A stretch of DNA of 64,000 nt from NCBI GenBank assembly GCA_977020255.1, contig CDROCS010000358.1, positions 186,001-250,000 of the forward strand, in the 5' to 3' direction. Positions 37,711 to 49,803 of this stretch are shown here, one piece after another. The DNA comes from Obrimoposthia wandeli (Eukaryota). Numbering within the stretch: the first letter of the stretch is position 1; every line of letters starts with the position of its first letter. A program made the translations under genes and the position numbers. The notes beneath the pieces were generated by a model, which searched no databases, had not been told where the DNA came from, and was given only the letters and a program-made list of their open reading frames with translations.

Positions 37711-40681
37711 CTTAAAAGTGATTAAGGAAGACAACATGAATCCACATTGAGCTCATCGATTTATCTATGCGAAATTTTAGATAACTACATTTATGCTTGT
37801 TTGAAAGACATCTTATAACAGATTTTAGATGAATAAATTATTACATATTTTATGGCTGTTAGAAAGACAAAATATGTAGGTAAGATTTATATGTATTTTT
37901 AAGAGAAAAAACAACAAAATACATAACAAATATGAATTTATCAGAAAAATCAAACATAAAACAACATATTAGCTTCCCTCAAAATCCAAAGAGGCTGTAT
38001 TTTCCCATAATCAGCTGTTTTGTTTCCTCTTTGAAATCAGAAATAAAATAATATGAACATCACATTTATTTTCATTCATTAAAATAACATTATCATCATA
38101 ACTCACCGAAACAACTCCACACACAAACATTGTACTTTGATCTTTTTGTTTACTCTGAAATTGCGATAATGCATTGCAACTTGAAATTGATATTTGAACT
38201 TTGCCATTGTGAATTTAAAAATGCAATTGCATTATTTATACCATATTGGTATATTGTTTATTCTGAAACCGAAACTGCAGAAGTACGGTAATACATTTAA
38301 ACAAAATGTACCTCCGCAGTTTCTGCTTTATCTATTATTTTGAAATGCAATTTATATTTCAGCATCAGCCTAATATCCATTGAACCATATTGAAATATTC
38401 CATAGTTCTTCATCTAAAATTGGAACAATCAAATAGCTTAGGTAATCTCTTAAAGCCAGACTGACATCAGTTTCGAGCTGGAAAGAATTTACTTCGTATA
38501 TATAACTAGGTATGTAAAATTCCAAAATATCTTTCAATTTATCAATATCAGATGTTAAAATTTCGATTAAATATTTATTTTAGAATTTTGATATTTCCAC
38601 AGGATTCATAATTTGTACAATTTGATGCCTTTTTAATACAATAGTTCTGTACTACTGTTTGACTTCTTCAACTAAAGAATACATAGATTTAGTAAGTTTT
38701 TGTAATTTTTCCAATACATCTAGCATTAACATATCATTATTTTTTATTTCTTGGATTTTGAATATTTTAACCAAAAGAGCATGTAACCTACATAAATATT
38801 TTCCTTTCTTAAGACTTCAGATTCACTGTCCCAGGTTTGAGCCTGGGGCCACATATCACGCTCAGACCTTTTAGTCCTTGTTGCTACGCACCGGTGAAAG
38901 ACGAGATCTGTGTATCCCACACAAGTCATTGATGCCCTGGTCTGGAACTGGGTATTGTTGTCAACACTCACTCACCCAGTCTCCCCAAAGACACTTCCAC
39001 CTTGGATTGACAACCCAAACTGATCAAAACTCGAAACGGCCCATAAAGGTAAATAAAAGTAAACTAACTAAGAAATGTTTTATTACAAACGCATTTGGAT
39101 TTAAAAGATAGTTTTGGTAATTTTAATTTTCTATTTTTTCTACTTTTCTTTCAATCTAATTTCCACAAAAGTGTGTAGAAAGTCGATATACTCTGCCAGT
39201 TCCCCGGAGTTTGAGATTTATCATTCTGGAGGATGGAGGTGTATCTGAAATAGTCAATCTTCTTGTAAATAAATAACACCAGTTTATGTCACTAGAAATT
39301 TAGTCTGATGTTTACATCTGGCATAAATGTATTTAGATTGATGGGCCTATGTTACACCGAAATCCTAGCATTCAAATTCACTATCAAAGATTCCTATAAA
39401 ACATAACTGTGAATCTGTAGCGACACTGTGCTAAATCTGGCCAGGAAATAATTTAATTTCTGTTATATTTAGAGTCGATAAAGTGCAATAAGATAACTCC
39501 CATGATTGCTTTTTCTCCATTTCCAAAATGTTCAATATTGCTAACCCCTTTCTCACTTATTTCACATCCAATCATTACTCGTTCGTATTTTCCCCACGTT
39601 TTACTGAATTAGGTATCTCATAAACATATTTGCCTTTTTCTATATTGTCAGATCAGAATTTGCCAATCACTATTTGATTAATTGTTTCCATATTTAAGTA
39701 CCAATGAATTTTATTGCTTAAATACAATTAGTAGATCAACCTGATAGTATTCAATCTATTGTCAAATATAAATGAATTATAACTAGTAGTACGAAATTTA
39801 GGCATAATCTTTTTTCTGCATCTGATGTTACTTTGAGGCGGATGATCAGTGAAGGTGAAGAGTGTATTCTCCGAGAAATATGGGAAACCAATCAAATAAA
39901 GTCATCTATAAACGTTGCTATATTTAGTTTCACTAACCAAAGTAAGAAAAGAAAATTGTTTGTGAAACATTTTCCATTTCTTCGAAGTTCTAAGTTGCAT
40001 TTTTTGAAATACTAAAGTGATTCGATACATTTCGGAAATTGATATTTGTACCACTTCATTTCGCAAAAAACATATTTGCACACAAATTCTCCAGTTCAGC
40101 TTGACGTAGGACTAATTAAATGAAGGCTCACATAAGAGACCCACTAAGACGAGTATAACGAAGAGATTTATCGTAGACTTAGTCTTGATTAAGTTTCATT
40201 TCTCTCGTTGTGTGTCCGTGCAGCTGCTGAGAAAGACTAGAGGAGGGGGAATAAGCCCATAGCATTGTGTTCCCACATCCATTGTCCTTTTATATTTCTG
40301 ATAGAACTACTGGAATTAAAATTTACTAAAAAATATAAAAAAATGAAATATGACCTTTATTCTCGATCTCATTTGCAGTAGAATCTCGATTATTCGGGAG
40401 TAGGTGGATGTGTCCGGTCTAATCCACACCCCATCCCCCCTACTGTCCTTTAAAACCGTGCATGTGTGTGGAGTTAAATGTCGTGTAGGTGTGTAGAAAA
40501 AAGTTCTACCCCCCATCCCAAACACTCAAAAAAAAAAAAAAACTTAACTCCATTTAACACCCTGTAAATTTAAAAATCTCATAATGCTCCCAAAATTTTG
40601 ATTAAGGTCCTGAGAGGCCAAAAAATTGGCCAAAGCGTCCCCTACGGGCCCGCGGTGGATCAACGAGTAATAAATACAGGC

Positions 40682-40731
40682 TCGCGAAAATTTCTTTCGC
40701 GCCCTGAGAGCGCGAAAAATTATACGCGAAA
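40682..40731. promoter_or_regulatory. Cluster of four E2F-like sites
   Basis: TCGCGAAA, TTTCGCGC, GCGCGAAA and ACGCGAAA within 50 bp of otherwise CpG-poor DNA. Confidence 0.5.
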
Positions 40732-40911
40732 AAATTTTCCTTATAAAAATTTATATCCATACATATATACAAGGTCATAAAAAAAAAAATTCTTTATAAG
40801 AATTTATAAGAAAGATACATATATAGGGTCACAAAAAAATTTTAAATAATCAACTACATAAATTCGAAATAATTTGCATTTTTATTTGATGAGTCATCAA
40901 ATTAGTCATCA

Positions 40912-41038
40912 TGACCTTAAGTGATCTTGACCTCATGATGACCTAGACAACTTTGTACCCTTGACCTCATGATGACCTTAAATGACCTTGACCTCGTGAT
41001 GATGATGACCTCATAAGGTCATGACCTTAACTTGACCT
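40912..41038. repeat. Array of 11 TGACCT/AGGTCA motifs
   Basis: 10 TGACCT plus 1 AGGTCA counted, including the palindrome AGGTCATGACCT. Confidence 0.8.
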
Positions 41039-41228
41039 GAAATGAGCTCATGAATTTTTTATACCATCCAAACATGTACAGTCAAAAAAATATTACTATT
41101 TTAAATCCAAAGACATACATGTATTCAAATATTAACAAAATTTAAGAAAATAACATAAATTCTTTGAATAATACTTTTTCATTGGACGTTAAACTTATAC
41201 AACAAAATCTTAAGAAAATAGTTATATT

Positions 41229-41488
41229 TTTGAATAAAATATGTTTTATCCAATGACATTCCAGCATTCAAACATAGTTAAAAAATTGAGAAAAGCCTAC
41301 TGCTTTTCAAATAAATTATTTGAATAACCAGCCCTCATTGGACGACAAAAGTTTAGTGATATATTTTCGAATAAAATATGTTTTATCCAATGACATTCCA
41401 GCATTCCAGCATAGTTAAAAAAATTGAGAAAAGCCTACTGATTTTCAAAAAATTATTTGATTAACCCGCTCTCATTGGAGGACAAAAG
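41229..41488. repeat. Direct duplication of about 125-135 bp
   Basis: tttgaataaaatatgttttatccaatgacattccagcatt...ctcattgga.gacaaaag occurs twice. Confidence 0.75.
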
Positions 41489-41573
41489 AGGGTTAGTCTA
41501 TTATTTTTGTATATAAGGAAACCTCTTTTCATTATTTTTTCATAAATCAAATATCATTAATCAAGAAGCAAGA

Positions 41574-43671
41574 ATGCCAATCTACAACAACGTTGACCTA
41601 GACGAAGAGACGGAGGTTCAACTGTATTGAGATCTCTCTCCAGCACAGCAGCGAAAGCTACCACCGGCACAGTACATTGACTTACTTAGTCGGTGGTGAG
41701 TGAAGGAGACGAAGGAGAAGCAGCAGCAAGAGCCCAACTGTTGCTAGAAGAACCGCCATTGGCCAGCTCAACTCCAAGAGAAGAACCAATGAGCGTGGGA
41801 GGTGGGGTACAGAGATCCCAATATATCGATCTGACTAGTCAGGATTCGATAGAGAATTGGGAAGACTGTACTCCCAGGCTGAACACAGAAGCCAATCGTC
41901 CGGCAACTTCAGCAGTAGCAGCAAGGAGATCCAATCTCTTTGTCAATTTTGAGGCGGCAATCAAATGCCCCTGGAAATTGATCCCGCTGTCTCAACCGGA
42001 GATAATACTGGCACCAGACTCAGACGATGAGCTGTTTACTGATGACGTTCCGTCGGATGGGGAGGAGGAGTGGATACAGCCAAGTATCGGAGCCCCGGGA
42101 GCCAACGAGTCCATTGTTGCAGAAATGGATGAAGATGAGTGGGATCTGTTCACTGACGAATGGGATGGTCTCACTCCCTCTACAACTCCGACTCCGATAC
42201 CCAACAATACAGCGCCTGATCCATTCAGAAGGCCACAATCTCCGATACGTCCTGTTAGGAGAATAAAGGCGACGAATGAGGTTAGAAATCATTTATTTAA
42301 AATGTTTTTTAATTTTATTTTCAGAAACTGCAACTGGATTTGGCACCGTCAGTGACCACGATTGAGAGGCTAATTGAACCGCAATACTTGGCGAGTCAAT
42401 GTAGCCAGGATCATCCCAGGAGTGATCAGAGATACCTACCGACTCCGGCTAAAATTGAGGTATATTATTATAAATTAGTAAATTTATTTAATTATTCACT
42501 TAGGAAGCTGAGTTGGTGGAGGAAATTTGGGAGGAGGCATCTCGGAGACTACTTGTCGATAGGAAGCAAGCGGCAGTTAGGAAACCTCGACGTCATCGAA
42601 TCAAAACCAATACGGTCCATCGGAAGAAGGCCAAGTTGGTGAAACAGGTTAATCTGCCAGTCATCGAGGTAAATTATTTATATGTTTAAATTTTATTAAT
42701 GTTTTTTTGTTGCAGGAACCAATAACATTAACTGAGGAGACATGGGCCAAAATTTATCCTTTCCCGCATAAGCGAACGAGGCAGTGTGCTGTACGGAAGA
42801 CACGGCGTCTTAGAAAGGCAAAATCCTGTCTGCTCAATTCGAGTGAAGTAACGATTGAGCGGCAGGAAAAACTTCCGTATAAGATTATTGAGGTAATTTT
42901 TTGTTATTTTAAATATTTTTTTATTTAAATAAATTTTTTTTGAAATTTTATTTTTGTTTTCATTTGCAGGAACCTGTCCGGATAATTGAGGAGACTTGGG
43001 GAGAAGTTACTCCTTTCCCTAAGAAAAGGACAAAGCGGGCAGAGGTGAAGAAGACGAGGCGCGCGAGAAAAATTCGAACCTCAATTGGCCATTATTCTGA
43101 GGCGGTGATTGGCCAGCAGGAGATTTTCCCTCCTCCAATGGACAACGGGCCTATCTTATATGAGAGGATCCCAGTCTCGCCGATCGAGATAAGTCCGCAC
43201 TCGAGTTAACAACGCCTGCAGGAGACTGCTTCTCCTCGTCCAACAACCAGCCAAAACTTAAAGAGGGCCTGGGATGACGCTGGTTGGGACGAATTCCTGG
43301 CGGAACTGGATACACCGGTAATGCTTCCAGATTCGCGTGGGCAACAGGATGCCGTCTCACGCCAGCTTCAGCGTGAGAAGGAGGAGAAACAGAAGAAAGC
43401 TCCGCGGAAGAGGAAGGCTACTGCTTCTATGTCGGGGCCATCAACATCGGCTGCACCTCCTCCCAAAATGTTGCGGCAACTATTGCCAAAACCTGAGGGA
43501 AGGACAATTGCTGTACAGCAACCGGTGAAGCCGAAAAAGAAACCGGGCCGGCCAAAGAAGAAGGAACCAGTACCGCTTTCTCCTATCAAAATAAGTCGGA
43601 GGGAATATGACCCGGATGATCCCAATGAAGACTTCGTAAGGATTTTCAAAAATATAATTTATAAACATTAG
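41574..43671 (+). pseudogene. Multi-exon disordered Polinton accessory protein (acidic, repeat exons, AT-hook-like)
   Basis: Phase-0 GT-AG introns 42281-42324, 42460-42503, 42669-42715 and 42893-42969 keep the frame; premature TAA at 43207 with the same frame resuming; TATA-like gtatataagg near 41510; 5' end unresolved. Confidence 0.7.
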
Positions 43672-43714
43672 TTTCTTGTGTTGTCTTTTTATTATTATTT
43701 ATTTTAGAATTTAG

Positions 43715-43880
43715 TAATATTAAAATATACTACTTAAGTTTATTAAAATAACAAGGTTAAAAATAAATTTTATAATTTAATATTAAAATATACTACTTAA
43801 GTTTATTAAATAACAAGGTTAAAAATAAATTTTAGATTTTAGTAATATTAAAATATCCTCCTTAAGTTTATTAAAATAAA
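43715..43880. repeat. AT-rich tandem repeat, about 2.5 units of about 70 bp
   Basis: taatattaaaatatactacttaagtttattaaa repeated. Confidence 0.7.
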
Positions 43881-44129
43881 GTTAACTTATTCGAATGTGA
43901 TTGGATTGTTAAGGAATAATTAAATTTTTTAAGGATTAAATATAAATGCAATGATTAGTTATATATTTATTAAACTTTCATTTGATAAATATATTTTAAT
44001 TGCTTGTGATTGGATTAAAAATATCTTTAATTTATATATAGGTTCAAATTTATTAACATCTTCATAATTAAAAAAATGGAATTTATTAAATTGCAAAGTT
44101 TGGTGACGAAGATCGAGACAAACATAAGA

Positions 44130-44395
44130 ATAAATGAGAAGAAAGGAGACTTACAAAGAGGATCCTCAACCAGAATTTATATACTGCTGTCGCGACCGAG
44201 TGGAATAGTCGGGTGGAGATTCAGGACAGGCGGCTAGCAGAACGACGTCGGGTTGTGGAGTGGAACAAGAAAATCGAAATGGAAAAAAAGAAGGTGGAGG
44301 AAAAAATAAGAGAAGAGACGGAGGATGTTCGGCGAGCAGCAAGAAAGCGAATCCTCCAGATTAAACCGGAAGAGGGTCCTTCTACAAAAATATAA
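44130..44395 (+). pseudogene. Small charged coiled-coil ORF with a disrupted 5' end
   Basis: RRLTKRILNQNLYTAVATEWNSRVEIQDRRLAERRRVVEWNKK... Confidence 0.4.
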
Positions 44396-44527
44396 ATTTT
44401 TGATTATTATTTTGTCTTTATTGATTATGTTATAAAATTGTCTAAATACTACCTCGTCATTTTAATAAATTTTTGATTAATATTTTTTCGTTATAAACAA
44501 CGGAATTTTCTACAAATTTGGGTAATT

Positions 44528-45016
44528 ATGCAGGAATATATCATAGATTTTGAGGCTTTCATTAACAAAAATGGGGATTATATTATAAAAGAATTATGTA
44601 TTATGGATGTATGCGACGTTTTTCATCCTTTGCATTTCATATTTCATATAGATATCCCATTTAAAAGTTTAGATTATAAGAAAAAATTTACTAATTTATA
44701 TCTAACTAAATATTTCCATTTATTAAAATGGAAAGAAGGACATAAGGCTTTTTGTGAAATATGTATTTTCGATACTATTAAATCTAATTTTGAAATTGAA
44801 AATGGAATTTTTTATGTTTTAGATGACATGGATGGCAAAAAATATAAGACTTTAAAAAAATATTTTCCTAAATTGAGGTTGAATACTTTAAATATTTCAC
44901 GTGATCATCTATTAAATATTCCACAAAATATTTGCTGTCCATATCGTAATCATGGTGACCATTGCGCATATAAAAAATGTTTAAGTCTTTCTTATTATTA
45001 CTTGACATGTAGATAA
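44528..45016 (+). CDS. DEDD/DnaQ-like exonuclease-fold accessory protein, 162 aa
   Basis: N-terminal YIIDFEAF...IIKEL, H..W..G, C-terminal CP..H..HCA; intact ORF. Confidence 0.55.
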   Translation: MQEYIIDFEAFINKNGDYIIKELCIMDVCDVFHPLHFIFHIDIPFKSLDYKKKFTNLYLTKYFHLLKWKEGHKAFCEICIFDTIKSNFEIENGIFYVLDDMDGKKYKTLKKYFPKLRLNTLNISRDHLLNIPQNICCPYRNHGDHCAYKKCLSLSYYYLTCR

Positions 45017-45089
45017 ACAATTCTTCTAATTGGAGGAATTCATTATTAAAATTTTAGAGTTATTTACAAATCAGCCTTTTGATTGGAGG

Positions 45090-45260
45090 AATAAATTTTT
45101 TTTCAACCTATAATATATGAATAATCCTTCTCTTTAATTGAAGGAATAAAATTATTTTTTCAACCTATAATATATGAATAATCCTTCTCTTTAATTGAAG
45201 GAATAAAATTATTTTTTTCAACCAATAACAGATAAACAATCCTTCTCAGTTGAGGAATAA
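45090..45260. repeat. Tandem repeat of about 52 bp upstream of the polymerase gene
   Basis: aatccttctctttaattgaaggaataaaattatttttttcaacc repeated about 3 times; TATA-like tatataagca at 45311. Confidence 0.7.
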
Positions 45261-45486
45261 ATTCAATTTTTTAATCCAATAGGAAAAGAGCATGTGTGCA
45301 TAAATTTTAGTATATAAGCAAACACTTTCTTCATTTAAATCCCCGACAATTTGAAATAATGCCTATGGTAAGAATTTATTTTTATTATTTCCTTATTAAT
45401 ATTTATTATTTCTAATTACATCTAACCTATTCTCTGCGTATTGCGCTGCTTCGGCTCCGCATGGAGGAGAGTCCTGCATAGAGACA

Positions 45487-48400
45487 ATGTCTGCATACTA
45501 TCGGACAAAGTCTCAAGGTGTTCTGTTCTTCGTCTGCCCCTTCTGCAGAACAATGGAGGAGAAGGAGTTTCGAGAATTCTTCTGTGAACATCGAGCTCAC
45601 CTATCGTGTTTCACGGCGAACAACAAGAAGAGGGATATCGTCCAATTGGTGCGCGATTCGCAGGCCGCTCCAGCTCCACCTCCAATTACAGTGGCAGTCA
45701 GTCTACCAGTTTATGGTCCTGCCATTGGTCCTTCTCTCCGGGCTCCTGATTCTGCTGCTGCCCCATCCACTCAAATGTCTAACAATGAGTGGATGAACGA
45801 CATCTCCGAGGAAGATTTTGAGGAGTTGGCACCAGCAACCCAATTCTCAAACAATGACTGGATGCGAAATATCACCCAGTCAGATTTCGAGATGGAGCAG
45901 CCTCAGTGGAGCGATAACTCATGGTTGGAGACCATCGAGGAATCCGATTTCGTCGGGTCAACGGACGACAGCTTGGTGGATTCCATCAATGAAGAGGACT
46001 TCATTCCAGCTCAACTTGGATTGTCATCATTAGGTTTTTTTTTTTTTTTTATAAATTGTAATTATATATTTTATTTTTTAATATATATATTTTATTTATA
46101 TTAATTATTCAGGAAATACCGTTCTACAATCGTCATCTGCTACAACAGATATGCCTCCACCATCGCGAGTGCCTACATCGATGTTAGGACGCCTTAGAGG
46201 TAATAATTTTTAAAAATATATTTATTTTTTAATATATTTATTTCAGCAGCACTAACTTCTACAACAGCCGTTTCTTCATCGGAAAGGTCAGCGGTCCCTT
46301 CAACATCATCTACAGTTGCCTCAACATCGGCAGCATCAACAATAGCAGCAGCTTCCACATCAGCTGCAATTGTCTTAACATTGGCAGCATCACCAATAGC
46401 AGCACCTTCAACCTCAACTGCGATTGTCTCAACTATTAATATAAATAGTTGTCTTCCCGTTCAATTAGGGGGAGGTTTGTCAGCGACAAACGGAAGAAAG
46501 AGGCGAGGCCAATTTCTTAATAAGGTCCCACCCAAAAAACGTAGAGAAAACGGTGTTACTATAGAGTATCACCTAAATAATAAATATGTTATAGTTAAGG
46601 TGCCATTAGGAAATGAAATTTTATTAAACGTAGGTGTAGATTCAAATATTGAAAATCTTTTAAAATCAGAAGTGACTAAATTAGGACAGGCTAAGGTTCA
46701 ATTTTGCGCAACAGTGCAGTTTAAAAATGTCAATGAGGAAACTAAAACTTGGGTAATTTCACATAAAGCAACTGTTTTTTATGATAATTTTGTAACTGAA
46801 ATTGGAAGAAACCTGGATGAAAAAATTGCGAATATTAGCGAGTTAAGTAGTGGATGGACTCTAGTTAGAATTCACGATGGTAGCTTTGTTCTAACAAAGT
46901 TCACTGACATGATATATCTTTCGGGGAGTTCATACATTCCTTCACCTAGATCTCTTCAACTTTCACGTTCCATTTTTAACGTACAAAACAGTGATAACCT
47001 TTGCTTTCTGTATAGCGTGTTGGCCATCCTCAAAAGGGATGTAATTACTGAGCATAGAGAGCGTGTCAGTAAATATACCCCTTTTTTAAATGAATTGCAG
47101 TATCATGGAATAGATTTTCCTGTTAAATTAACTGCGATATCAAGATTTGAACATCTTAATAACTTGAGTATTAATGTATTCAAATATAATACTGATATCC
47201 CAGTTAATGTAACATATGAAGAAATTTTTAAAAATCCTTTTGTAGATGTAATTTATAGGAGCAAAAATGAGGGGACTCAGGTCAACTTAATTTTGCTCGA
47301 ACAGAATAATAAATTCCATTATGCTGCAATTCCCAGTTTAGATCGTCTTCTAAATTTAAATAATGGAGCCTTACCGAGCCATACTGAATTCTGCAGTTTA
47401 AGATTCATAGATTCTCTGCAGTTTTTGAGCGGGTCTTTAAAAAATTTAACGGCATCTTTAAATGCATGGCCAATTACACAGTCAGTGTTCCCAGCTTCGG
47501 TTAACGATAAGGGGATTTTTCCGTATAAATTTGCAAAAACTTTCGCAGATTTAGAAAATACAACTGAAATCCCACCCATAACTGAATTTGAGGGTGTAAG
47601 TCTTCAAGACTATAATGAGGCCCGTACATTTTGGGTGAATAATTGTCAAAATCTTCTCGAATATATGCTTTATTATATGAAGTTAGACATTTATCTTTTA
47701 GCTGATGTTTTTGAGTCCTTTCGTGTAAAGTCTTTAGCAGAAGATGGGCTAGATCCCATGCATTTCTTTAGTTTACCTGGTCTTTCATGGGCAACAGCAA
47801 TAAAAACTCTTAAAATTAATATCGAGTTACTGCAAGATCCTGCGATGTATCAAATGTATGATTATGGTATACGCGGTGGAATGACTTTTGTCAACAAACA
47901 TCATGTTGTCAAAAATCAATCCACGGAGATTCTGTACATTGATATTAATAATTTGTATGGGTGGGCGCTTACTCAACCTCTACCTCATGCCAACTTTAAG
48001 TGGGTTTATGATGTGGATCAGTTGAATAAGTTGATGACAGATTTGGCTACTGTTGATACAGTTTTATCCGACGTCGGTTATTTGGTTGAGGTGGACATAA
48101 AAATCCCTCCCAATGTGCATGATAAATTAGATGATCTTCCCGTAGCGCCTGTTCATCAATGCCCACCTAATTCAAAGGTTAAGAAATTATTGTTAACCCA
48201 TGAAGACAAGTTGAATTATGTTGTGCATTGGCGGCTTCTTCAATTCTACTTAAAGTTGGGAGCAAAAGTTACTCGAATTCATCGTGCTATAAGCTTCAGT
48301 CAAAACATTGTGTTTAAAGACTATTTTGAGAAGAATTCAAGAAAACGTAATTTGGCCACTAGCAAATTCGATCGAGATTTTTACAAGTTAAAAAGTAATA

Positions 48401-49162
48401 GTCTCTTTGGAAAAACTGTAGAGGACTTGCGGAAACGTATTTGTCTACGGTTTTGCAATGATGAGCGTAAACTAATAACATATACTAGCAAGTACAACTT
48501 CAAGCGTAGTTTTACAATTGCAGATGACTTGGTAGCAGTGGTATTAGGAAAACAGAGTATTTGTCTTAATCGACCGAGTTATATAGGTCAAACGGTTTTA
48601 GACATTTCTAAACTCAGAATGTATGAGCTTCAATACATAGAATTGGAGAAATACCGACAAGAATTTAATTGTGAGATTAAAATCGCAGCTGGGGACACTG
48701 ACTCTTTCTTTTTAGAATGTAGGAATGTTAGTTTAAATAATCAATTATTATCAGCAATGTTTAGAAACAACTTACTAGATACCCATAAATATCCCGCTAA
48801 CCATCCTCTACACTCTATGAGTTTAATAGGACATTATCGGGAAATTTAAGGATGAAAGCGAGGGACAGGTTTCGTATGATGATTGTATTTTCCTACGCCC
48901 TAAATGCTACAGTTTACATGCATCTAATAATACATGTTCAATGAGAGCAAAGGGTGTGGGAAGAAACAATCTTACACATGAGGCCTACCGGAAAGTTTAT
49001 GATACTGGGTATATTGAAAGCGTTGAGCAAACTAGATTTATTTCAAGAGCCCATCAACTGTATTCCCATAAATCAACCAAAATCGCGTTGAGTAGTAATG
49101 ACGACAAGCGCTTTTGGGTAGAAAAGAACGCTAGTCTGGCTTATGGACACTTCAGAATTTAA
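45487..49162 (+). pseudogene. polB: Protein-primed family B DNA polymerase, spliced to an N-terminal Cys/His domain (exons 45487-46033, 46113-46199, 46247-49162)
   Basis: YIDINNLYG, KLKSNSLFGK, GDTDS, DDKR, AYGH; frameshift near 48835 (GKFKDE...LRPKCY); apparent internal deletion before RFIDSLQFL. Confidence 0.9.
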
Positions 49163-49422
49163 ACGGTTTTCATTTTTTGATTTTTTTAGTTTAGTTTTTT
49201 AAAATTTTAGATCCTTATGGCACCTAGACTCTAACTCATTTGTTATTTCAATACTTTTTTAGGATGGACCTTATCTTTGCTGACATATCTCATTGTGATG
49301 TTGTGATTAATAAATGTATTAAAAAAATTGTCTTATGTCTTTTATTATTTTACCCTTATATTTTTAGAGATTTAAAAAATAATTCAAAATAAAACATTTA
49401 AATTTTTTATTTTTATAACACA

Positions 49423-49802
49423 CTAATCGTTTTGCAACGATAACCATAAAATACATAAATGTCCACAGTTTCTCGTCGCAGGATCCTGATATTGTATCTT
49501 GTTGTAAAATACTCTTCTTCGTCCTTTTTGAATAGTTGAAACAAGTTTGTGTGGATAATACATTGCAAGTGGATCAAATACATGTATTGTCCACTCTCTA
49601 ACATAAATAGCTATCTAATGTTCTCCTGGTAAATTTGAAGTATGAGTATTGCTAATGTATCCTCCAGATTGAAAAATGGAATCATATCAATAGGATAAAC
49701 TCCATTGAATTTATCACCCAGGACCTTCTCTGCTGATTCTTTTACTTGTTTTGAACTAAATAAAAATTAATAAATATAAATTTAAAATATGTCTTACTCC
49801 AT
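49423..49802 (-). pseudogene. Adenain-like cysteine maturation protease with a 5-nt first exon and 42-nt intron
   Basis: MDSKQV...GVYPID, NTHTSNLPGEH*IAI, HVFDP, QYQDPATRNCGHLCILWL; one frameshift and one TAG. Confidence 0.8.
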
Positions 49803-49803
49803 T

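Noticed and set aside
38826-39020. GC-richer stretch with a B-box-like motif, possible tRNA or SINE
   Set aside because: No cloverleaf or A box could be built and no second copy was seen
40557-40566. ACACCCTGTA could be the partner of the mariner-like TIR at 30372
   Set aside because: Only a 10-bp match, 10 kb away and inside the Polinton arm
42035-42060. Other CTGATGA motifs (about 42036, 58243, 61784 minus, 62966) as further hammerheads
   Set aside because: No downstream stem II, GAAA and stem III arrangement
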